64,000 nt of DNA, taken from contig CAKSPO010000004.1 in the NCBI GenBank assembly GCA_934481515.1, positions 2,661 through 66,660 on the forward strand, given 5' to 3'. Under the pieces are notes generated by a model. It searched no databases. It was not told where the DNA came from and worked only from the letters and a program-made list of their open reading frames with translations. Numbering within the stretch: the first letter of the stretch is position 1; each line of letters begins with the position of its first letter. Source of the DNA: an uncultured Eubacteriales bacterium. Its GTDB lineage: Bacteria > Bacillota > Clostridia > Oscillospirales > CAG-272. The position numbers were made by a program, and so were the translations under genes. Positions 58,318-64,000 of the stretch are shown here, in pieces.

Positions 58318-59027
58318 AATTCTCACTGTGCATTCCGATGTATAACGAAAACCGCGTCATTGCGGATACCGCAAAAGAACTTTCCGCCTATATGTCCGCA
58401 AAGTTTGAGGACTATGAAATTCTGTTTTGCAACGACGGAAGCCGCGACGGCTGTGACGAGACCGTGAAAAATCTGAATCTTCCGAATGTCCGCGTCATCG
58501 GATACCCGGAAAACCACGGAAAAGGCTATGCGGTGCGCACGGCAATGCTGGAAGCAACAGGGGACATCCGCATGTTTACCGATGCCGATCTGGCATACGG
58601 AACCGATGTCATCGCGCAGATCGCTGCGGAATTTTCCGCTCATCCGGATGCAGATCTTGTCATCGGCTCCCGCAATCTGGACAAAAAGGGATATGAGAAT
58701 TACAGCTTCTTCCGAAAGATCGCGTCCAAGGTTTACCTTCGCGTGCTCTGCATCGCGGGCGGCTTCCGCCTTTCCGATTCCCAGTGCGGTTGCAAGGCAT
58801 TCTCCGGGCAAGCCGCCGAACGGATTTTCCGGCGTTGCGAGGTCAACGGATTTGCCTTTGACTTTGAAGCGATTCTCTGGGCAGTCAAATGGAACATGAA
58901 AATCGTGGAAACCCCGGTTCACGTCCTCCGCCACGGCGAATCCAAGGTTCATGTTTTCCGCGATACCTTCCGGATGCTCCGGGATCTCCGGAAAATGAAG
59001 AAAAGAATCCGGAAAGCAAAAGCGTAA
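58314..59027 (+). CDS. family 2 glycosyltransferase (polyprenol-phosphate sugar synthase-like, soluble)
   Basis: SLCIPMYNE, CNDGSRDG, and DAD. 237 aa with no TM. ATGA overlap with rlmA. Confidence 0.8.
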   Translation: MKFSLCIPMYNENRVIADTAKELSAYMSAKFEDYEILFCNDGSRDGCDETVKNLNLPNVRVIGYPENHGKGYAVRTAMLEATGDIRMFTDADLAYGTDVIAQIAAEFSAHPDADLVIGSRNLDKKGYENYSFFRKIASKVYLRVLCIAGGFRLSDSQCGCKAFSGQAAERIFRRCEVNGFAFDFEAILWAVKWNMKIVETPVHVLRHGESKVHVFRDTFRMLRDLRKMKKRIRKAKA

Positions 59028-59043
59028 TCCCGGAAGCAGCATA

Positions 59044-59083
59044 TCAACAAACGCCGACCTCTGCAGAGGTCGGCGTTTGTTGA
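59044..59083 (+). terminator. perfect 20-nt-arm palindrome terminating the RR-HK-rlmA-GT2 transcript
   Basis: tcaacaaacgccgacctctg / cagaggtcggcgtttgttga. Confidence 0.7.
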
Positions 59084-59216
59084 TGCTGTTACCTTACTTT
59101 TTCATTATGTTGAGCAAAAAATAACATCCGAATCCTTTGTAGGAAGCCGGATGTATCGGAATTGAATGAAAGAAGAGCAAGAACTGCGTTTTGCAAGCTG
59201 CTTTTTCAAAAATAAG

Positions 59217-59252
59217 ATAAAAAAATTCCCAGCAGGAAACCTTCCGGGAATT
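59217..59252 (-). terminator. terminator of tRNA-Val
   Basis: aattccc / gggaatt plus inner ggaa/ttcc pairing, starting 5 nt after the tRNA 3' end. A T-run follows on the minus strand. Confidence 0.6.
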
Positions 59253-59257
59253 CTCAA

Positions 59258-59334
59258 TGGTGGAGACAGTTGGAGTCGAACCAACGACCTCATGCATGTC
59301 AAGCATGCGCTCTAACCAACTGAGCTATGCCTCC
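59258..59334 (-). tRNA. tRNA-Val (anticodon GAC)
   Basis: Hand-folded: acceptor GGAGGCA/TGTCTCC, D arm GCTC/GAGC, anticodon stem CATGC/GCATG with loop TTGACAT, T arm GTTGG-TTCGACT-CCAAC, encoded CCA. Confidence 0.9.
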
Positions 59335-59346
59335 GCAACGAAAAAT

Positions 59347-59375
59347 ATTATACCATACTTCTTTTAAAATTGCAA
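59347..59375 (-). promoter_or_regulatory. sigma-70-type promoter of tRNA-Val
   Basis: On the minus strand: TTGCAA (59375-59370), 17 nt, TGgTATAAT (-10 at 59352-59347). Confidence 0.65.
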
Positions 59376-59425
59376 TACCTTTTTTCAATTTTTTTCAGAT
59401 TTTTTCTTTATTATACAATGGATAG

Positions 59426-59471
59426 CAAAAGAAGAGCGGCGCACGTTCCCGAAGTCTGAAAAACGTGCGCC
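59426..59471 (-). terminator. terminator of the nifS-nifU-rrf2 transcript
   Basis: ggcgcacgtt (59438-59447) pairs with aacgtgcgcc (59462-59471). On the minus strand it is followed by GCTCTTCTTTTG. Confidence 0.65.
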
Positions 59472-59495
59472 GAACAGGGCGAGGCAAAGCTGTTT

Positions 59496-59945
59496 TTACT
59501 GTCTTTCCTCCGGAACCCCGGCTGTATTTCCGGTGCCATCGGAGCCATTCAATAAATCTGTCAAAGTGATTCCGTCAAAAAAATCATTGGTCAATTGATT
59601 GAACCGCGTCCACATGGAAAGCGTCCTGCATTCCGTTGCCCGACTGCAGGGAGTTGCGTTGCAGGAAAGACAGGCAACCGGTGCAAGATCACCTTCCGTC
59701 AGACGAAGCACTTCGCCGACTCTGCAGTCACAGGGACGCTTTTTCAGACGATACCCGCCGTGCTTTCCCTGTAATCCTTCCACAAGACCGCCTTTGGTCA
59801 GCAGGGGCATAATCTGTTCCATATATTTTTGCGAAATGTCCTGCCGGAGAACAATATCCTTCATCGGAATATAGCCCTCACCCTCGTGCTCCGCCAGATC
59901 CAGGAGGGCACGAAGTGCATATCGCCCTCTCGTTGATACCATCAT
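59496..59945 (-). CDS. Rrf2 family transcriptional regulator (IscR/CymR-like, Cys-cluster bearing)
   Basis: STRGRYALRALLDLA wHTH and a Cys cluster CLSCNATPCSRATEC. Confidence 0.88.
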   Translation of the reverse strand: MMVSTRGRYALRALLDLAEHEGEGYIPMKDIVLRQDISQKYMEQIMPLLTKGGLVEGLQGKHGGYRLKKRPCDCRVGEVLRLTEGDLAPVACLSCNATPCSRATECRTLSMWTRFNQLTNDFFDGITLTDLLNGSDGTGNTAGVPEERQ

Positions 59946-59960
59946 AGGAAAGACCTCCGC

Positions 59961-60392
59961 TCAGATGTGGCAATGCGGACAGGTATCGCAGGAAGCAAAC
60001 TGACAATGATCATATTCGATTCCGTTTTTGTCGTAATAATCCTTTACAGCCGCTTTGATGGCTTCCTCAGCAAGAACCGAACAATGCATTTTGTGTGCGG
60101 GAAGACCGTCCAATGCCTCTGCAACCGCCTTATTGGAAAGCTGGAGCGCTTCGGAGACCGGCTTTCCCTTGATCATCTCAGTTGCCATGGAGCTGGAAGC
60201 GATCGCGGAACCGCACCCGAAGGTTTCAAACTTGACGTCCGTAATGGTGCCGTCATCAATTTTGAGATAGATTTTCATAATGTCGCCGCATTTTGCGTTT
60301 CCGACCTCTCCGATGCCATCGGCATTTTCCATCGTGCCGACATTGCGCGGATGCATAAAATGATCCATTACTTTTTCACTGTATAATGCCAT
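59961..60392 (-). CDS. nifU: Fe-S cluster assembly scaffold NifU/IscU
   Basis: HPRNVG, GNAKCGD, FGCGSAIASS, HCSVLAE. Confidence 0.92.
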   Translation of the reverse strand: MALYSEKVMDHFMHPRNVGTMENADGIGEVGNAKCGDIMKIYLKIDDGTITDVKFETFGCGSAIASSSMATEMIKGKPVSEALQLSNKAVAEALDGLPAHKMHCSVLAEEAIKAAVKDYYDKNGIEYDHCQFASCDTCPHCHI

Positions 60393-60403
60393 GATTTTTC
60401 ACC

Positions 60404-61591
60404 TCACAAAACAAATTGTTTCTTTCCGTTCACCTTGTCATGCCACAGGGGAGACATGTTCCGGAGATAGGTAACGATTTCCGGAATGACCTTCAGCATG
60501 AAATCAATTTCTTCCTCCGTATTCTCCTCGGAGAGAGAGAGCCGAAGGGATCCGTGTGCAATCTCATGCGGTCTGCCGATGGCAAGCAGTACGTGACTCG
60601 GGTCAAGAGAGCCGGAGGTGCAGGCGGAGCCGGAGGAAGCACAGATTCCTTTTGAATCCAATAGGAGAAGCAGACTTTCTCCCTCAATTCCCTCAAAGCA
60701 GAAATTTACATTTCCGGGAAGCCGGTGAACAGGGTCTCCGTTGAGCGCCGCATGGGGAATTCCGGAAAGTCCACGGATCAGCTTGTCCCGAAGGAAGGTC
60801 ATCTTTTCGGCGTTTTCCTGCATATGCGCACAGGCATCCTCCAAAGCAACCGTCATTCCGGCAATGGCAGGGAGGTTTTCCGTACCCGCGCGCTTTCCGC
60901 GCTCCTGCGCACCGCCTTCAATCAGCGGGAGAAGCGGGAAGCCTTTTTTTGCATAGAGAACACCGATGCCTTTCGGACCGTGGAATTTATGCGCCGAAAG
61001 GGAAAGCAGATCAATATTTTGCGCGGCAACGTCAATCGGAAGGTGTCCTGCCGCCTGAACCGCATCCGTATGGAATGGAATCTTCTTTTCCCGGCAGATT
61101 TTTCCGATCTCCGCAATGGGGAGCACCGAACCGATTTCATTGTTCGCGTACATGATCGTTACAAGGCAGGTATCCTCCCGGATGGCGTTTGCAACCTCCT
61201 CCGGCGTAATGTTTCCGTAGGAGTGCACATCCAGAAGTTCAACATCAAATCCCTGGTTTTTCAGCTTTTCCAGCGTGCGAAGCACAGCATGATGCTCAAA
61301 CGCAGTGGAAAGAATATGACGCTTTCCTTTCTTTACTCCAGCAGCGGCGGCAGAAAGAATCGCCTGGTTGTCTGCCTCACTTCCTCCGGAGGTAAAATAG
61401 ATTTCCGAGGGAAGCGCGCCAAGGCAGGCGGCAATCCTGGCTCTGGCGTCGGTCAGAACCTCAGCTGCACGCTGACCGACGCTGTGCAGGCTGGATGGAT
61501 TTCCGTAGACCTGATCGAAGCAGGGAAGCATTGCGTCAATTGCGCGGCGACTGCATTTTGTGGTTGCCGCATTATCTGCATAGATCGTCAT
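60404..61591 (-). CDS. nifS: cysteine desulfurase NifS
   Basis: PLP lysine SAHKFHGPKG and the catalytic Cys loop SSGSACTSG. Confidence 0.93.
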   Translation of the reverse strand: MTIYADNAATTKCSRRAIDAMLPCFDQVYGNPSSLHSVGQRAAEVLTDARARIAACLGALPSEIYFTSGGSEADNQAILSAAAAGVKKGKRHILSTAFEHHAVLRTLEKLKNQGFDVELLDVHSYGNITPEEVANAIREDTCLVTIMYANNEIGSVLPIAEIGKICREKKIPFHTDAVQAAGHLPIDVAAQNIDLLSLSAHKFHGPKGIGVLYAKKGFPLLPLIEGGAQERGKRAGTENLPAIAGMTVALEDACAHMQENAEKMTFLRDKLIRGLSGIPHAALNGDPVHRLPGNVNFCFEGIEGESLLLLLDSKGICASSGSACTSGSLDPSHVLLAIGRPHEIAHGSLRLSLSEENTEEEIDFMLKVIPEIVTYLRNMSPLWHDKVNGKKQFVL

Positions 61592-61629
61592 GAAATTTTC
61601 CTTTCTTAATTCCTATTTTTTCAGTAGGT

Positions 61630-61658
61630 ATTTTATCATATAAAACCTATCTTGTCAA
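61630..61658 (-). promoter_or_regulatory. sigma-70-type promoter of nifS-nifU-rrf2 with overlapping inverted repeats
   Basis: On the minus strand: TTGACA (61658-61653), 17 nt, TAAAAT (61635-61630). TAGGT, ACCTAT and ATAGG half-sites bracket both hexamers. Confidence 0.6.
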
Positions 61659-61677
61659 TAGGAAAATAAAAAATTCT

Positions 61678-61717
61678 GAAAAAAGCAGAGAAACGGGGAA
61701 GAATAGCGTTTCTCTGC
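61678..61717 (-). terminator. rho-independent terminator of the lipoprotein gene
   Basis: gcagagaaacg (61685-61695) pairs with cgtttctctgc (61707-61717). TTTTTTC follows on the minus strand. Confidence 0.8.
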
Positions 61718-61723
61718 TTCCTT

Positions 61724-63091
61724 TTATTCCTTTGCCGTGCCGGTAGATTCCGGCTTGACAAGCAACGTCCGAACCAGCCATTTCTGTACCGTCGAATAGG
61801 TCAGCTCCGCCTGAAGGTATTTCATCTGCGTGTTTTCCACATATTCTATGGCGGCATCCTTGTTCATCTGGTTCTGCAGCATGGCTTTCTGAACCAGTCC
61901 GTCATAGGTTTCTTTGTACTCTTTCTCTGTCCATGTCAATCCCTCTTTTGCGGCAATGGCGAAGGGAATCATATAACTGACTGCCAGCTTTTTTGCATAG
62001 TAGCGGAGATATGCATCGGTCATATTATACATCGAAAGATATGCCTCATAGGTCGTATTGTAGTTGCGCGCCGCAGAATGATAGTAATCGCAGTAATACT
62101 GATAAAAATACAGATAGGCTGCCTCCGGCACCTCACCGCCTGCAAAGGTCGCATCCTTTTCAAGGTTTTCCCAGATCAGCTCAGCCGAAGCGCTTTCGGC
62201 ACACTGATCGAGAAACTCCTGATAGGTTTCACATCCCAAGGTGTCCTTCTTTTCCGCAATTTGCTCGTCTGTCAGGGGAAGACGATAAATCGCATTCAGC
62301 TTCATGCGGAACACCACAGCCTTTCCGGCAAGATCTTTACTTCCGTAATCCTCCGGGAAGGTCAGCGGAACATCAAATTCTTCTCCTACCGTGTGTCCGT
62401 TGATTCCGGCAACGAATCCTTCGATATAAGAGTTAAGGTCACAAATCAGAATCTTCTGCGCAGCAGCTTCGCCGCCGTCAAATTTTTCTCCGTTCAGATA
62501 TCCGGTATAATCAATGTCCACATAATCTCCGTCCTGCGCGGCACGATCCGTCACCGTCGGGAAGGTTTCGGTTCCGTAGAATTTGGTAAAGGCATTGACT
62601 GCGCCTTTCTGGTAAGCATATTTGGAAATATCAATGCTTTTGTAGTCGCCAAGGGTAACCAGCTTTTCGCAGGACATGGAAGCGTAATCCGGAAAATCAT
62701 ACTGCGGATGCTCTTTGGGAACTTCTGTTTTTCTTACAAAAGTAATTGTGGTTCCGTCCTCGTTGGTGAAAGAGATCACATCCGCGCTCGAATAATAAAT
62801 GTAGGTATATTCAACGCCGTCCAGAGTCACCTTCAGGGTTCCGTCGGTTTCCGTGTAACTGCCGGTTTCCAATTTCCCGTATTCGTAGAAGCCGGGATAG
62901 AGAAGATAAAATTTTGCACTTTGATCGCTTCTGGAAAGCTCCAGAACGCTTTCTTCGTCGGCGGCATACCAAAGCCCCGCATACCGCGGCTCGGACGTTT
63001 CGGTCACCTCTTCCTCGCCACCGGAGCATGCACCAAGTAAAAGACAGAAGACCAGAAGCAAAAGCACCCCGGTTTTTTGAATCTGTTTCAT
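61724..63091 (-). CDS. lipoprotein with trigger-factor-like FKBP PPIase and C-terminal chaperone-like domain
   Basis: Lipobox LLLGAC after a signal peptide. PPIase block DGDYVDIDYTGYLNGEKFDGGEA...GFVAGINGHTVGEEFDVPLTFPEDYGSKDLAGKAVVFRMKLNAI resembles the trigger factor middle domain. Confidence 0.7.
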   Translation of the reverse strand: MKQIQKTGVLLLLVFCLLLGACSGGEEEVTETSEPRYAGLWYAADEESVLELSRSDQSAKFYLLYPGFYEYGKLETGSYTETDGTLKVTLDGVEYTYIYYSSADVISFTNEDGTTITFVRKTEVPKEHPQYDFPDYASMSCEKLVTLGDYKSIDISKYAYQKGAVNAFTKFYGTETFPTVTDRAAQDGDYVDIDYTGYLNGEKFDGGEAAAQKILICDLNSYIEGFVAGINGHTVGEEFDVPLTFPEDYGSKDLAGKAVVFRMKLNAIYRLPLTDEQIAEKKDTLGCETYQEFLDQCAESASAELIWENLEKDATFAGGEVPEAAYLYFYQYYCDYYHSAARNYNTTYEAYLSMYNMTDAYLRYYAKKLAVSYMIPFAIAAKEGLTWTEKEYKETYDGLVQKAMLQNQMNKDAAIEYVENTQMKYLQAELTYSTVQKWLVRTLLVKPESTGTAKE

Positions 63092-63286
63092 AAAAATCTA
63101 CTCCTTTGAAAGAACTCTGCCTTTATTATAAACGTTTCCCGGACGATTTTCAAGAGCCTGCCGAAAATGTTACATTTCCATCGAAAAAGAATCCGCATGC
63201 CGGAATGTGTCAAAAAAAGGGGAAGCGCATAGAATGTTAGCAAAGAGAGTTTTCTCTGAAATCATCATGAAGGAGACTTGATTGCC

Positions 63287-64000
63287 ATGGCGGAAAACAA
63301 ATTTTCTTTCTCGCCGTCCTGTTCCTCCCAGCGGGATACCGTGTGTATTGATACCAACCGTGTTCTGGATTCCTGCCGGGACAGAGACTGTTACGAGAAT
63401 GTACGCGTTTATCTTTCCGATTTCGGAAATGAAGTTCTGGAACGCACCGGAGCAATCCGCGCAAAGAGCGCAGACATCATCTGGACGTACGTAGGAATCG
63501 ATCCCATTCAGTTCAACCGCGGCTTTTATGCCGTAACCATTCGTTTTTATGTAAAGGTCGTTTGCGAAGCTTGTATCGGCGGCGGACGCTCTCAGGAGCT
63601 GGAAGGCATCACCGTGCTGGAAAAACGCGTGATTCTTTACGGCGGCGAGAGCAATGTCAGCATTTACCGGAGCAATTCTTCCGAAGAAAGCAGCTTTTGT
63701 AGCTGTCCTCAGCCCTGCACCGGTGAAAAGAACGTTCCGACTGCGGTGGTTGAGGTCGTAACCCCGGTTCTGCTCGGCACCAGGATCATGGAGCGTACCA
63801 GAGAGTGCAACTGCTGCTGTTGCTGCAGAGGAGAGGACATTCCGGAGCAGGTCACCTCTTTGTTCGACACCCCGTTGATTTTTGACGACGGGATTCCGAT
63901 GGAAATTTCCAACGGCAGACATTATCTGACCGTTTCGCTCGGAATTTTCTCTGTCGTCCGGATTGTACGCCCCGGACAGTATCTGGTACAGGCAACCGAA
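63287..64000 (+). CDS. cysteine-rich hypothetical protein (5' partial view; ORF continues past the window end)
   Basis: Open frame from ATG 63287 to 64000 (238 codons, checked codon by codon, no stop). AAGGAG at 63270-63275. Translation begins MAENKFSFSPSCSSQRDTVCIDTNRVLDSCRDRDCYENVRVYL and includes ...RECNCCCCCRGED... The ORF is absent from the supplied track because it has no in-window stop. Confidence 0.6.
   Translation, partial: MAENKFSFSPSCSSQRDTVCIDTNRVLDSCRDRDCYENVRVYLSDFGNEVLERTGAIRAKSADIIWTYVGIDPIQFNRGFYAVTIRFYVKVVCEACIGGGRSQELEGITVLEKRVILYGGESNVSIYRSNSSEESSFCSCPQPCTGEKNVPTAVVEVVTPVLLGTRIMERTRECNCCCCCRGEDIPEQVTSLFDTPLIFDDGIPMEISNGRHYLTVSLGIFSVVRIVRPGQYLVQATE

Noticed and set aside
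59094-59306. 70-aa and 65-aa ORFs overlapping tRNA-Val. The 77-aa ORF 1264..1497 overlapping tRNA-Ala is a similar case.
   Set aside because: They read through tRNA genes and their terminators, so they are spurious.
63170-63922. A 250-aa minus-strand ORF at the right edge.
   Set aside because: It has no Shine-Dalgarno sequence and its composition is low-complexity and Ala/Gly/Asn-rich. It is the antisense shadow of the better-supported plus-strand Cys-rich ORF starting at 63287.
1-64000. CRISPR arrays, prophage or integrase modules, restriction-modification or other defence islands, and toxin-antitoxin pairs.
   Set aside because: I saw no regularly spaced direct repeats, no cas-like, phage-structural, integrase or methylase/endonuclease-like ORFs, and no small two-gene cassettes. 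The only mobile-element trace is the IS3 fragment at 9391..9711. This was a by-eye scan, and a repeat finder was not run.

Overview
This 64 kb window looks like a core chromosomal segment of a Gram-positive bacterium (Bacillota, most likely class Clostridia). The markers are PolC, AddAB, the ECF energising module followed by truA, a YlmC/YmxH sporulation-type protein, and a ClpE-type ATPase. GC looks mid-50s percent by eye but was not computed. Gene density is high, and many genes are chained by 1-8 nt start/stop overlaps.

Recognisable content:
- an oxidoreductase gene and two stand-alone tRNAs, Ala-GGC and Val-GAC
- thiI, a type-2 aspS, a U32 peptidase and uppP
- yfhO-ruvA-ruvB, with ruvC divergent
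- ecfA1-ecfA2-ecfT-truA
- clpE
- the conserved block rpsB-tsf-pyrH-frr-uppS-cdsA-dxr-rseP-ispG-polC
- MATE, DMT and ArsB/NhaD-like transporters, and fba
- queG-like-addB-addA
- htrA followed by a response regulator, histidine kinase, rlmA and a GT2 gene
- nifS-nifU-rrf2

I see no CRISPR array, prophage, toxin-antitoxin pair or obvious defence island, and I cannot honestly point to a clear novel multi-gene system. The items most worth a second look are:
1. A cysteine-rich ORF (CNCCCCC run) that runs off the right edge and is missing from the supplied ORF track.
2. An intact 901-aa P-type-ATPase homologue that has lost every catalytic signature motif.
3. A DEDDh exonuclease fused to a zinc ribbon and an unrecognised N-terminal domain.
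4. A low-GC scar carrying an IS3-family transposase fragment, a consensus orphan promoter and a perfect inverted repeat.
5. A lipoprotein with a trigger-factor-like PPIase core.
6. Several unusual translationally coupled gene chains.

Many supplied ORFs are antisense shadows or over-extended at the 5' end. I re-set starts where a Shine-Dalgarno sequence or a promoter inside the ORF supported it.
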